DNA of 63,984 bases, filler included, from Platydemus manokwari (Eukaryota): assembly GCA_037951405.1 (NCBI GenBank). It is 5 parts of 5 records of this genome, joined end to end, with 100 filler letters (N's around TTAATTAATTAA, not from the genome) between each part and the next. Parts side by side here need not be neighbours in the genome. Positions count along the whole stretch, not along the records: positions 37,327 to 54,427 come from JBBMOY011120329.1; positions 54,528 to 63,984 come from JBBMOY011247430.1; 3 more parts are not named here. The stretch is one strand, 5' to 3'. Positions 40,601 to 54,613 of this stretch are shown here, piece by piece (the stretch's first letter is position 1; the number at the start of each line of letters is the position of its first letter). The position numbers were made by a program, and so were the translations under genes. The notes beneath the pieces were generated by a model that ran no database searches, was not told where the DNA came from, and was given only the letters and a program-made list of their open reading frames with translations.

Positions 40601-43600
40601 CTCAATGAAAATCTATTCTGAAAGTGAAAATCAACTATTGTGAATTTTTAGTTATTAATTTCGTGCAATATCGATAGAATATTTAAAAACTTTGTTTTTT
40701 GAAATTTCTAATATCGAATTTAAAAATATTTTTCTAAATTCCATTGAATGGATTATTTGAGGAAAAGATATTCACAACTTTTTTAATCAAAGTACAACTT
40801 ACATGAAACATCTTAAGGCAGCTTGATAATTGGACTGATTATGACAACAAAAATCACTTTTATTTATAAGTGAATCTAAGATGTCACATTTAGTGACTCA
40901 TTTTAAATAAATTTCAATACCTGTTTTTAGTAAACTCGGTTAATATTATCTTTCTGGAACAAATGAGGTGATATTATTAGATTTCTTAAGCATGATGGAT
41001 AAGACTTTGTGAGGTTACCGTGTTTATAGTTAGCTTAACGATTATTATCGAAGATATAATAAATTATCATTTTTTTACTCAAAGGTATTTCTCAGCCACA
41101 ATCCCTTCCAACCTTACTGTTTGATAATATCAATTTATTTGGTCTTATTCACCATTTATAACTTTTTTCAATTTTTAATAAAATTCACTTGACATAATGA
41201 TTTCCATTTCCAAATCATTTTTATTAATCATTCTGGGATAATAAATATTCATACATCTTATGATGCGATTGGTTAATTATTATTCTTTGATTTATTAATT
41301 AATATATTTATTACTTACTTTGTCGATATTCTTTTATTGACATTTGGTTGTGTGGGTTTCTTACTCTTGTCGCTCGTTAGCAGATTATATTCGTCACTAT
41401 CTTTTAGTTGACTATCTAAATCGGATTTTGATGTTAAACTTTCATTTGTGGCCTCTTCGATTGCAGTTTCCATTCCATGAGGACGTTGACGGCGCAGTTG
41501 ACGCTCAATTATGTCATTGAAAGACGGTGTTTTCGTTAATAAACCACGGTTTTGCTGTTTTTGTCTAGCATACGCTAAACGGAAAGCCTCACCAACAATA
41601 TCATTCAATTCTTCTGCCTTAAATAACGAATAACGAAAGCATATATGAATGATTAAGTATTAAAAAAAATACTAGAGCAGGGGTCTTGGTTATAAATGTG
41701 TGGCAATATTGAGCATTAGCCTGGCCTTTCGGTTCTCTAGCAAGAAATGAAAACTGACAAAAATCAGGGTCACTTGTTGCATAAGATATCCGCCTAAGAG
41801 CATGAGCCATTCTGACACTCTGAATAAGGCGATATTACAAACTTTCTTGATAGGTGTTGCAGTAAAAAATTATATGCATGAATTATAAAATTATAAATTA
41901 TAACATTCGTAATTTATATAATAATTGATAAAATAACAAATCATAATAAATCATAAAATTATCATAAAATTAATAATAAAATTATTATAAATAAAATCTT
42001 GAAATGTATTGATTATTATTACCATCAGTATTTTAAAATTGTGATATCGAGGGATTTCTAATCATAATATGCTCTACAAACCCAAAGGAAAACGATAATG
42101 ACGTTACTGACAACCTCCGAGTGTTCGAAATAAAAAATGAAATAATAAAGAACTTAATGGTTTTAGGGACTTATATGGTACTGTTGGTTATTAGGACTAT
42201 TAGATCGAAATTTCGGAGATTTTCAAAGAATTTGATAAGTATATAATAAAATAATCTATTAATTACAATTAGTAAATTAGGTAAAAACTTCTAAAATCAT
42301 CCATCTATCAATTAATCAAGAAAATGAGGTTTAAAAATCAAAGAAATAATTTCATCAAATGCTTATTAAAAACGAGTCCTTATTAAATTTCAACTCGCAT
42401 ATTTAAATTTAATTGAAAATATAAACTAAAAATTAATAAAAATTAATAAAGACCAATGTCACTTACCTCCCCAGTTTCATTACAAACTTTAATGCCGCTA
42501 AGTGATACAACCAATAATACACTTTTCTGATGAGTGGTATTCTGAATGAATAAATTAAAATATTAATTTTAATAAACATATTTTATTATAAAACAATGTT
42601 TCTTAAAGTATATTATTCACTTTTTATGACTGGTTTCGATTTAGCAAAATCACAAAGGTAAAAATTCGTAATATTGTTATGTGAAAACGCCCATTGTTTC
42701 ATATTCGAGTTAAAATCAAGAAATTGATTCGAAATATATAATCACTCTATGTTATCTTATCAATATAATACCCAACTTTTATTGAAAACATATTTCAACC
42801 AGGAGTTCGAATGACCCTAATCTCAAAATGGTCACTTAATGTATCCAAACTCAATTTTAAGTTTTATTCAATATCAATTTTATATACCAATAAAAAGTAA
42901 AAGTCAGTCTTCAAATTTATTAAAAATAAACATCAGTCCTCAAAATTTCTACTACGAAGTTGCAAATCACTTATTGCAGGACCAATATTGAATTTAGTAT
43001 TAAAGCAAAATGTAGTCAGAATAGATTCCTGTGATTCAGCATAAACATAATTATTGTAAAGGATCCGTTGGAATAATTGATACGAATCCTTTACCAATGC
43101 TAACAACAAGAAATAAAAATGCAAAAAAAGTCTAATGACAAAGTAGTAGTTGGAATTGTTAATTCTTCAATACAAGAGTATATATATAAATGAAAGCATC
43201 GAAGGAAAATGTCAATACATTAAATGACTCTGGCAATTTTCATTATCAAAGTAATACAGGGATGTTTGTCAATCGGATGTAAATACAATGAAATATATTT
43301 GTATGATTACCCATGTATAACTTAAAGTCTATGTCGCTATACCTTAACGTAAACTTTATATTACTGATTCCATTGTTTTTATTTAAACAAAAATTAAGTC
43401 ATTAAACAAAATGTTCTTTGCGTTATCGAACAAATAGTACTCCGAAATAGACTGTTTAAAAGTCAATATCAACAGATTGCCTAGATAAACAATTTCTTTG
43501 ATCTCTATGAGATGATGAATGTCAAGATTTTATAGAATATCTGCGATGTTTTTAAGAAAGGATCGGGTACAATAAAGAGAGATGTTTGCAGATAGAATTA

Positions 43601-45073
43601 AGTATTATCGAGATACAGATGGTTGCTAGTTCGAATCCACTAATAAATGAATCATCAAGCTAGAATAATTGAATCCAATCTGACATGTAGTTAAATTTTA
43701 GCAGTAGAAAAATACCCTCAATAAGTCCCTCGAAACGTATGACCTAAATAATGTTAAAAAGTTAACATCAAATCAGTTCAAATATTCCAACTTAACATTT
43801 CCTATTGCAAATATTTTCATAAGATAAACATTTTTATCGATCAATTGTGACAGTCATTCACCACTGCATAGTAAATGGACCATCATGTAAACAGTACACC
43901 ATTATGTAGCTAATCGAATCTAGAAAATAGTCTTTTGGCTAGAAATCTAATCTCAAGAATCGACAATTAATTGAAACTTATTTTAAATAAAATTAATAGT
44001 CATTAGACAAAAATTTAATAATAAAATAATAGAATTTCTTCTTCGAATCTAATCAAATGATAGAATAAAGAGATTCTTTATTATAAGAAAATGGAAAAGG
44101 ATTTAACCGAGGAAGAAGATTGTTATCGGAACAACATTATACGACAAATAAAACAGAGATAAGTTTAAATACTATTAGATACCATTAACTAACTCGATAA
44201 TCAATTAGTTCTGGATTAACAGAAATATGCTACGACATAAAATTGAGAAATCTTTGTGGTAACTTTCCTATAACTGTCCATGGTTATAAAATGCTTGATT
44301 TTATTCTCATTTCCACTTTTTCTCTTTAATTTTGCTAAATTTCCTTGTCAGACTAAGTTTTTTAAGAATAAAATCAACTTTGTTCCATCACGATTAAAAG
44401 ATCAAACTTTTAAAACAAATTATACCAGATGATGTAATAAATACTTATTTATATTTTTGTTATATAATCTGCAAGTTATCCATAATTTTTATTATAAATT
44501 ATCAATTAAAGATAATATGTTATCATTTGAAATAAAATTCCTTAACAGTTAAAACGTAAATATATAAACTAAGATCCTGTAAATCATACACAGCTTGGTA
44601 AACCTGAGATTACTCGATCAATATCTAAAATTGTCTAAAAATACTTATGTAAACCTAATAACTTGTGTTTTCTTATACTTATTGAGTTAATTCTTTACAA
44701 ACAAATTAAGAGAATAAATTATAAACAATCATTTACCAATTATTTATTTTACATTTATCTTTTAAAACATAATAATTGTGACAAAGTTGTTAATTTTTTC
44801 AAAAAACTTACTCGCATTGATTCTAATTTTTTATAAACTATTTCAGTTCGATCTTTTTGAGTTGGAGCAAAAACAAGGAAAGATCCAATATACTAAAAAT
44901 TTAGTTATTATGTTTAATTATATATTATTATTCTTTACATCAGCAGGCCTAATAACAGTTTTGAATCCTGAGTTATTTTCCATGTTTAATGGCGACGGTT
45001 GAAGTTTTGTAGGTAAAATAACTGATCCATCCGGAAGATCTTCACATCGAATTCCTTTAAATGAATTTTTCAT
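37685..45073 (-). CDS. SH2D5: SH2D5-like PTB-domain adaptor protein; 3'-incomplete (SH2 exons not seen before the gap)
   Basis: Exons 45073-44939, 44892-44812, 42541-42467, 41819-41673, 41617-41319 and 38179-37685 splice in frame. PTB domain reads YIGSFLV...VLLVVSLSGIKVCNETGESVRMAHALRRISYATSDPDFCQFSFLAREPK...YCHTF...AEELNDIVGEAFRLAYA (MAHALRRI is the SH2D5-family motif). A Pro/Ser-rich linker follows. The last exon ends at a phase-2 donor ~360 bp from the assembly gap. Confidence 0.85.
40131..40594 (+). mobile_element. TRIM-like miniature LTR retroelement, copy 3 (5' LTR truncated)
   Basis: 5' LTR remnant 40131-40198; PBS TGGCGACCACG 40199-40209; non-coding internal region; PPT AAAAAGGGGG 40445-40454; 3' LTR TG..40456-40594..CTTACA. 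Lies in an SH2D5-like intron. Confidence 0.8.
43150..43760 (-). mobile_element. Highly decayed LINE reverse-transcriptase remnant (CR1/L2-like)
   Basis: Degenerate echo of the PQGS.LGPILF..YIND region; many stops and frameshifts. Confidence 0.35.
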
Positions 45074-46398
45074 CACGCATCATACTTTTTTGTAAAATCG
45101 ATGTGATACAATCAAATATATAATAAAGCATAAATAATGTAAATATTATTAAAACTGTAACGAAATTAAGAATTATTGAAACAATGTTATTATTTTATTT
45201 ACTAAAATTTAATTAAGATATTTATTTTTATTAGTTATCATAAAATTTTATAATACATCTTTAAATTTTAAATAAAAATAATGATTTGTAAATTAACATA
45301 TAATGTAAATAAATTTAATTTTTTCGTTTCACCATTTCGCATCGCAGAATTTAGGGTGTTTTGAATTACAACTTTAAATTTCCAAGAAGGTGATTGAAAA
45401 ATTTTTCCAAAACTAGAGTGAGTATTCAAATTTATTCATTTCGAATAATATTTCATAATATTTAAGCATAGAGATACACCAGAGAAATCTCTATTATTCA
45501 GTAACTTAGAACATTTGTTAAAGTAAATAATATTTTTCTGACCTGTTGAATTTCGTTTTGGATAAAATTCCAAAATTATTATTTTCCATACATTTAAGTT
45601 TTTATTTCAAATTATAATGAGCTTTGTTTTGCTGGACATAATTTTGGATGATGCCACTCATGGAGGTGCTTATTTCCATTTTACATTATCTCTTAGTATT
45701 GTTTTGCTATTCTTGAGTTATATCATGTCAGTTTTGAATTATATTTCATGGTGTTAATATGACTTTGTTATCACCATTTTTTAATATTTAAAATGTATGC
45801 CTCGTTGTATGTTGATTTAAGTGATGATTATGACTTTTGGATAAATTTCTTGCTGAGGTTATATAATATTGAGTAGTTTAGTTGAGAAAAAATCTTTTTG
45901 GGCAGGGTAGAAGTACAATAAAAGAAAAACAAGAAGGGCCGCAACCTGATGAAGTAAAATAGGTAAAATATGACAGATGCAGAAAAGATTTGCAGAAATT
46001 TGAAATGAGAAAATTCTAAAAGGCAACTAATACAAACTGGATAAATCAATGTATCAATTGTAAGGAATGTTAAGGAAGGCTTACGTAAACGACTTTAAAA
46101 TCTTAAACTACATTTTTTAATTTATTTAATTAATCTTGTAAGAATTTATAATATTAACCACCTCATTTCGTTTTCCGATATCCCTCGAATGAATATTGGG
46201 CAGCCATTTACTTGAATAGTGCGTTATTTTTTGTTATTGTTTTTGTCTTTTGTATCTTGTTAATATTTTTGGTTTCTTAAATAAATTTTGTCATTATGAG
46301 TCATCAAGTCAGATAATAATTTTAACATCGATTGATTATTTTGTACATTTAGCAACAAGCTAATTTACTGAAGAGAGAAAAATTATATAACTTTAGAC

Positions 46399-46636
46399 CA
46401 AGGGTCTCCAAACTTTGTCAGCAAAGGGCCACATTGCTGATTTTTTTTAAATTTGGAGGGCCAAAACTATGATAGGTTTACAAAAAACTCAAATTAGCCA
46501 AAGTATTTTTTATTAATTATCCTGTTATTTTAAAAAAGTTTTAATATCCTATATCGAATAATAAATGTTTTAAATTTTGTCATAATGTTCGTGTGTTTCA
46601 TAGTAAGCTTGGCGGGCCGTACTTTGGAGACTCCTG
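46399..46636. mobile_element. hAT/Charlie-type MITE (238 bp)
   Basis: TIRs CAAGGGTCTCCAAACT and ACTTTGGAGACTCCTG; perfect 8-bp TSD CTTTAGAC at 46391-46398 and 46637-46644; subterminal GGGCC motifs. Confidence 0.92.
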
Positions 46637-47439
46637 CTTTAGACAATTCAGTTAATTTTACCAGTATTAAGTGTGTTACAGATACAAGCAAGATGTCTCC
46701 GGAGAATACTGTGTAATCCTCAGAAAGATTGATATACACGCATATGATGAGCGTATATATCAGTAATCAATCAGATAAATCCAAAATATCAATCCATAAA
46801 AATAAGATGATCACTACTTAGAAGATCGGTTCTAACAAATAAAAAAGTAAAGCCAAAAGTCAGTTGGTAAACAAAAGTCTATAAAAGGATGTTTCATGAT
46901 CGGTAACTTTCTATCTATCGCAATTCTGGGTGTAATTATCTTGAGAACCAGTCTTGTTTGGTTGTTATTTATGTAGGCGTTTTATCTTTGAGATGCTGAT
47001 ATCTTTGTGAATTCTGGTAATAATTATTGAAATTTTAATGAGTTTAAACAAAAACACTTCATGTAGTAAAACAAAATTCAAATTTTGTACACCTCAAAAT
47101 ATATTCTAAAATTTTTAAGGTTTCATCATTTTTAACTTTCAATATCTTTATATATTTTACTTTATATTCGTTTGACTGTAGTTTTAAATTTTATGTTGGG
47201 GTTTTGGGAAAATTGACGTTTAATCTGAAAATTTATTGCATGATTTTGGTGTATAAATGTAGTTAATTTTTGTTTCTGTTATGGTTGTTATGTAAATATT
47301 ATTTTTTCAATATTTTAAAAGAAAACTTTTTCAATGTGAAAGAATATTTAAAAATAAAACCTTAATAATCAATGATAAAAACTTAAAAGTGAATTTGTTA
47401 AAAAATGATAATAATAATTATTATTAATTAAATGGAAAA

Positions 47440-48490
47440 TAAATTTAGTATAGACTTATTTTAGCTAGACGACCAAAAATATAAATTATTAAGCCCTTAA
47501 ATTTCTCTAACTTTTACCCGCATTTTAAAATAATAATAACAATTAAACCCATATTAACCCGTATGGCAAAAACTTCGGACAAATATTCTCATTAATTTAT
47601 GAAAATTCCTCATAATTGAAGCAGAAATTACGCCCTGATATTTTATTCAATAGCAATATTTTCCCCACAACCCAACAACTATATATAAGGCAGTTAAACA
47701 TCACATGCAAAAACTGCCCTTGATACCACCTGGACAGTGCGTTACGTATAAATTACGAAGATCGATTTTCGCCGCCGAAGTCTGCCATCAAGTATATGCC
47801 CTATAGAAATATAGGAAGAATATAGAAAAATATTAATTGCCGAAGAATTCGAGGTCACGTAAGATACGTTTGTGTAAAATCAATATTAAATTATTAACAT
47901 TGCATATTCTCACTATTTATCGAGCCGAGTTCTGAAAACACTCTTGTAAAGGACACTTACCCAATATTACGAAGGGTTTTGTTGGTCCACGATTTTCTAT
48001 CATGAATTGCACATTGAATAGTTTTTTACTTCACCGTTTAAGTGTATAGAGGTAGTATTCAAAATCAACTTATAAAAGTAGTAATTTATAATCATTATCG
48101 TATAGGTATAATTTGGTGTATTTTGTTATTCATAATAAACATTTTTAATATTAAAATCGATTTGGTTTTCAATCAGCCAGTTGGTATAAGGTGTCATAAT
48201 TTCATCGTGTACAAACCTTTTTGGGAATATTTTTGTTGATTAAATTCATAGTTGAATCCGATAAATGATGTTAAGAGACAGAAGATAAAACTAAAATTAA
48301 TAGAATCGATTTCTACGCCGTTCCACTTATCTTCACATAAATTAAGAACGTCGAGGTGAAGCACCACCAAAATTTATAGGTCAAAATACTATCTGAGAGT
48401 CAAAACGAACTCAGAGTACTGTTCAATACGTATATCTTGATCAAGTAAATAAGAACTAATAAACAATAAAAGTAGTGACCCCAAAAATAT
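47440..48490 (+). mobile_element. Solo LTR, family A, copy 3
   Basis: Reverse-complement homology to 8756-9791; TATA-like CTATATATAAGGCAG at ~47680; AATAAA at ~48465; ends GACCCCAAAA. Confidence 0.7.
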
Positions 48491-48769
48491 ATATATATAT
48501 ATATATAGTTCAATCAATTTAATACCCAACTGCTAAATAAAATATTGATAAAACTATATAGGAGCAAAATTTGATTGGATTGCAAATTTAGAACTACTTC
48601 TTTGCAGTTATTGACTATCCATATAAACAAAATCAGTGTTTACATCATATTCTTAAAGTTCAAAAACATCGAATAATGGTTAACACTAGAGAATGCGCCT
48701 TTGATATCAAATTAGGCAAGCGCAACGAGTTTATTAGTGCACTTATAAGTCTTCTAAACAACATTCAAT

Positions 48770-49770
48770 TGTGTATGTTAAAGATTGTCGGGTTGTCGAG
48801 ATAGTAATAATAAGTTCAAATTACAAATGTACAATTTGTAATTCGATGTAATAATTTACCAAATTTGATCAGAAGGATTTAAATAGAATTAATAATAGTT
48901 GCCCTAGATCTTCAATTTATCTAGACTCCAAACAGATAAGAGGTTGTTGTTGCTAGAACACTCGGGCGATTATAATAAAAATAGTATTTAAAATATAAAT
49001 GATAAATAAATAAAATATAATGAACAATACAAAACAAAACAAATAAAATATATTGATCTACAACTGATAATTGAATTACAATAATTTTAAATAACTCAAG
49101 ACGGTATTCGTTATTGTAGGAGGAAAGAGATGTGTAGTCAATCAAAAGTATAGGGCGTACCGCTTAGGTGCTCGGGTAAGCCTCTCGTGACAAAAAGTTG
49201 AAAGTGGGGAACTTTTAAGCAGGAACCTACATGATTTTAATAGATCTTAAGACTAAAATTAGCCGTGGGTCGGAAAATAATTAAAAATTTACTCGTCGGT
49301 TGCATCATAGAAATTGGCATATCTTCAAGAAAATCTTCGGTTAGAAATTGGCATACAATAAATAGCTGTAGAAATTGGCATACAATAGTTAGCTTCAAAA
49401 TTGAGCTGGTAACGTTCGTCCAAGTTTAAAATAAATATCTTCTTGCGAAAATCAGTCAAATATCGTAAATGTGAATAGTCGAAATTGTGCGTGGGCTGCC
49501 TGTTTCTGCCAGTATATATACTAATTTGTGTCTTATTGTGATTCATACATCTTGTTGCTATTTTTGGTAACATTCTATGCTTGGTAGCATATGTTGCTAA
49601 TTTTAGCATATGTACAGCATAGGCTACTATTTTTAGTCCACGTGTCTATTTATGGCAACAAGTGTGGTTATTTTAGTTTTACGTACACCGTTGAGTATAT
49701 TTTTAGATTTTAATGTGATTTTTCCTAATGACCTTAGTGTCGATTAGTTTTGGTGATGTAAAACAAATTT
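48770..49770. repeat. Dispersed ~1 kb repeat, family B, copy 2
   Basis: Same blocks as 34800-35680; contains three copies of TAGAAATTGGCATA at ~49308-49390. Confidence 0.75.
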
Positions 49771-51239
49771 AAAAATTTTATGAATATTTTTTGTATTTTT
49801 TGAAAAAAAAGTTTATATTATTATTTTTACTTATTTTATGCTTTGGTTGGGTCAAAATGGCTTGGTTAGTTCTCCACATGTATTATGCTAAATGAAACCT
49901 TTGAATTCTGTCCCAACCTTTTGATCCAGACTCAATAATTTGTTAATTGTCACCAATTGCAACAAAAGGAGAGACTTCATGACTCCAGCTTGAGATTGCT
50001 ATCATACACTAATTACGAGTCGATGAGCAATCAGTTTTATCCGATTTTGGAATTAAAGAAATTATTAATGTCCTCCGTCCATAAGGTATAGTTTGGCACC
50101 AATAGTCTTATTGAATAACGCAGCTAAAAATTCATCTTTTGAATTCATAGTTTTGAGATATAAATAATTCACATTTTACTGATCTGGTGTGCATGTACTA
50201 GCTATTTGAGCTTCATTCATCTTGATCAGTCGTAATTGGTTCTAAATCGATAATATCTTCATTCTCTACGTTACATTTAAGATATCTGATTAAATCAAAG
50301 TCATTAGATCAGTTATGATTGATCCACATAAGATACTAGCCTCTTTCAGAGTCATCTTCTTTATTATTATCCAAATTTTGTAGGTTTAGGTAGCTTATAC
50401 GTTACTTTGGAATGGAGACATGAAATATCCTTTAATGAGTCTTTAACATACATATACTTGTATTTCAGAAACTTATCCATTGTAGCACTCAAAGAAAATA
50501 AAAGTGTCACTAGTAAATGTGGTGGTTGTGCTGGGTAGATTATAAAAACAACCAAAATATTTAAGGAAAGCATAGAAATAACCCAGTCTTTTTGATCGCT
50601 GACTATTATCTGTTTGACTTTATGTAATTTTCTAATAAATAGTCTTTATAGTTGTTATCTTTGTCGCTATTTATATTTCGAGTGCAGGTTCCACTTACAT
50701 TGATTATTGATTTCACTATTGAGAGTGTCATTTTGGAAAGTGTTTATTTGTCAATTCGGTTTTTTCTAAATTATTTTGATCGTTAATTATAATTTTGACA
50801 GGTACATAGCGTTTGTAAATATTCATAACAGTTGTGATGAAGATGTAGTATTCCTGATAGGATTAACTTTAATGAGACACTATTTTGTTGGCAAAATCTA
50901 AAAGAAAAACGTGCAATTGTTCTCAATTTAAGCTGAAATAGCTATGGGTTCGATAGTACATCCAAATTCAGTCACGGAGTTTTACTCGTTATAATGATTA
51001 GTATTACAAAAATGGTTATCTAATATGCCTTTGAATTGAATGCTCGAGCATTGAAAACAGAGGAGCAAAAATCCATAATTCTGAATGCAATAAGCTTTTA
51101 ATCGTTAACAAGAATTAACAATTGTTTAAAACGATGAGCTAATTCTATTAGTGGTTATCATACAAAGGGCTCATAAATCTACTTTTATTGGAAAAAGCTT
51201 CTCAATTCCTTAACTATAAGATCTAAAATTATCACCGAC

Positions 51240-51560
51240 TTGAATTGTGTGTCTAGCAAATAAAAACATGTGATCCATAATTAATTCGAAAAATATTGCA
51301 GACATGTGAATAAAATTGTTAACGTTTACAAGCTTTAAACTGGAATAATATCAGAAGAATAAGCTCAGAAAGCGGTACGGTTTCGAAATTATCTCTCGAT
51401 AATCAAAGCTATTACTGCGCCATAATATCACAATGGATTTGATCTTTCCAACTAAACACCTCATGATGTAGGTGCCAGGTCAATTATTGTACATTTTACT
51501 TCTAAAAACCCTTGTATAATAGAAAAAGATTTTTGGAAATCTGTAAGGCATAGAAACAGA
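51240..51560 (+). mobile_element. Highly decayed LINE RT remnant
   Basis: YGFRNY (cf. Q.GFR) and a degenerate GVPQGS.L-like stretch; loosely resembles the reverse complement of 60560-60960. Confidence 0.35.
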
Positions 51561-52435
51561 TCATAGTTCTACAGTCAACTTTATTGTTTCTAAACCTATA
51601 CACATTAATATAATTGACTTCGGACTAGGTATTCAAAAATAAATAAATCACCAAACATTTCGTTTTGGATTCGTCTTTCTTAAAAAACATCTCTGAATGA
51701 ATCAAGACGATAATTTTTTCTGTAAATATTCTTAACCAATGACTGCTCCCATTAATGAGAGAAAATAACGTAATCACATATTGTCAATTTGATATCGCAT
51801 TTGTACAGTAAAAATTTCAGAATTACCTCTAGTATTAGTGAATGAATGGCATTAGAACACGGGGAATTAAAAATAACTTATACAAGTAAAATTTTATAAA
51901 TAAATTGCTAATTTTTATTTAAAAAAAAACATTTCTATAAAACTTCTAATTGATTAACAGTTAAAAAACAAAATGAAAAATAACACTTTCAAATCCATAT
52001 TTCCATTTTCTATATTAATCAAAACTCAAGACTAATGAAATCATGATGTATTTAGAATTTATTATAAATAACGGGATAAACATTTATTTTCTCAAGATGT
52101 TGACATTAATTAAAAACAAATATTTTCACATTAAATATCATCGATGATATCGAAATAGTTTTTCTTGCCAATTAATCCAAAACAATTATTTTAATTATCT
52201 TCAATCATGTGTTGATTATTACAATTATTTAAACAATTACGGTACACTTATAATTATCCAATAAAGAAGTAGTAATTATAATATGCGTTATATCAAACTT
52301 TCTGTTGATATTATGAGGTGTAGCATTTTCTCATTCAAATGTTGGTAATATAAAAAGCTTCAATTACAGTCAGTACTTTTATAAAATCATAAATAAACAA
52401 ACGAGTGTAATAACGACAGTTCTCATTTGAAAGAA

Positions 52436-52885
52436 ATGTTGTTAGCAATTTATATTTTATTTTCAGCGGCTGTTGTTAGTATTCTTCATTATTGTGTTTC
52501 GCATTGGTTTTAATATTAATTTAACAATTTTTTCTTTCAGTATTCTGGGGCTGCTTTACAGTGTTACGTTTGTACGAATTGTCCACCAACATTCGAAAAA
52601 ATGGTAAAGATTATGAATTGTAATCTTTGCTTTACTCGTACAAGTGGTGATAAAACCGAGAGAGGCTGCAGACCGAAATGCCCTGAACAAAAAGCCAATG
52701 ATAAAGTTTCATGTTGTTCGAAAGATTTTTGCAATTCTTTTCCAACTGTTGAAAGTACATTAACTTCAAGTACGTCTCCTGATTCTAATGATATTGATGT
52801 AACAGATGGAGGAATTCAAAATTTTTTTATAAGATATCTTTATTCATTAATTTTTGTATGTGTTGCTTCAATCATTTGTTATTGA
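52436..52885 (+). CDS. Ly6/uPAR (CD59-like, three-finger) GPI-anchored surface protein, 2 exons, 127 aa
   Basis: Exon 1 is 52436-52474 (MLLAIYILFSAAV, signal peptide), followed by a 66-nt GT-AG intron and exon 2 at 52541-52885. Mature region LQCYVCTNC...CNLC...RGCRPKC...CCSKDFCN has 10 Cys, followed by a Ser/Thr stalk and a hydrophobic C-terminus (YLYSLIFVCVASIICY). Confidence 0.9.
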
Positions 52886-54352
52886 TTTCTTGTTCTTAAA
52901 TACATTTCAATGTTTTTATTCTAGATAATAGTTATTTAATCGCATTACTTTATTATTAAATCATTTTAAGGTATCTGCATAAAATATAATAAGCCCAAGA
53001 TTTAACCCAAATGATAGACCTAATAGTTATATTAAAATTAGTTATTTAATTAAGCAATTAGTACGTCGGTGTTTTACATCAGTCGTTAATAATGAGGGTT
53101 AGTTTTTATTTAATGCCGTACGTAATGTGATTAACTCGTTTTTGATGCATGTTTGGAAATTTTAAGTTTATGGTTTCATATTCTCCTTCACCATAATACT
53201 GAATTACTACATTAATTACTACTGAATTACTACCATAATACTGATATACTACCTTTTTTGTTCATAAATGATAATTCTATTCAAGTGTTCAGTTAGACAT
53301 GGTTTTATACATCTGTTTTCTAGATGTGGTATGTTTGTGGTGAATTGTCATTACCTTTAGGTGCATCAGGTGCTGTGGTTTGAAAGTTTAATTGGTTAAG
53401 AGCGCTTGTGATGGTTTCCTCGTAGATCTTACAATCCATTAATTCTTCAAGTTTATCCTTACTGTGGCTTATCGGATATGCCAACACTATCTAAAGTCTT
53501 CTCTGTTTCGATTAAAAATGAATTTAGTTGTATTTAAAAGATAGTTCCAATCTCCAATAGTAATTTAAAATTTTCTGTTTGATTTAATTTCGTTGGCTAA
53601 ATATCACTTTGTTCTAGCAGGGGTTTTTATTTCGAGTAGGACCGGTGTTGGAATAATTACTGCGCCAACACTTTTATATTCGACCAGAATGTGCTAGTAA
53701 ACTATCCTGGTTAGTTGTTTAATATTTAATCTCATCTTTTTAATTAATTATTTATTATCATTCTAACTTATCGTTACATTCATTTGCACAGTGTTAGACA
53801 CGATTTCTCAGTGTTTCTCTGAAATTTAGTGCCACTTTCGCTGGCAATTTAAAATTTTACATCTTAGTTGTAGAGAATTGAATACCCTGGTGTATAGTGG
53901 ACTTAGGATAATCTTTAAATTTCTACACTATAACAGTTTATGTAAGCTTTTAAAATTCGAGTGATGTGTGTGTGAATTTTTGCCTGTTACATTTTTTTAA
54001 TAAAATAAAAAATTTCTTTATTCATCGGTTACTATTCATCAAATACCAATCGAATATAAAAATATCCAAATTTGTTTAAATTATCTGAAAAAGCAATCCG
54101 CCAAACAAGAGAATAATTTAAAACCCAAAATTTTAAATCAACATCAATTTACGTTACTCAGTGTTTTCGTATTTTGACCGCATATTATATGAAATATATT
54201 TATCTTTATGCCTTTAAATATTCATAAACCAGAACTTTGATTTTAGCATTTACGACAAACCGAAACATAAATAATGTCTTGAGCAGATATCTGACCTTTA
54301 GTCGTCTTGATCGCCTTTTATATTTAACGAGCCACTCAGCATTTAATAGTTA

Positions 54353-54427
54353 TTAGGTTGTCCCATATGAAATGTCCGATTTTTATATATTGAACTTTAA
54401 ATCAAAATTTTTTAAAAACTACTTAAC
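54353..54427. mobile_element. Mariner terminus at contig edge
   Basis: TA|TTAGGTTGTCCCATATGAAATGTCCGATTTT running into the gap. Confidence 0.65.
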
Positions 54428-54527
54428 NNNNNNNNNNNNNNNNNNNNNNNNNNNNNNNNNNNNNNNNNNNNTTAATTAATTAANNNNNNNNNNNNNNNNN
54501 NNNNNNNNNNNNNNNNNNNNNNNNNNN
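54428..54527. other. Artificial scaffolding spacer
   Basis: N44-TTAATTAATTAA-N44. Confidence 0.97.
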
Positions 54528-54613
54528 GTAGTGTTTCTGTTATTTTATATTCTATTATAAATATGAGATAAAAATGAATAGGTTATAAATAAAAGTTATC
54601 ATTATGATGTTAG

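Noticed and set aside
49308-49390. CRISPR-like repeat-spacer pattern (TAGAAATTGGCATA x3)
   Set aside because: Only 14-bp units with short, related spacers, inside a eukaryotic dispersed repeat; no cas genes.
53620-53700. GVFISSRTGVG as a first ACAA2 exon
   Set aside because: Lacks KRTPFG, runs into a stop, and has no following CGSG exon; chance resemblance.
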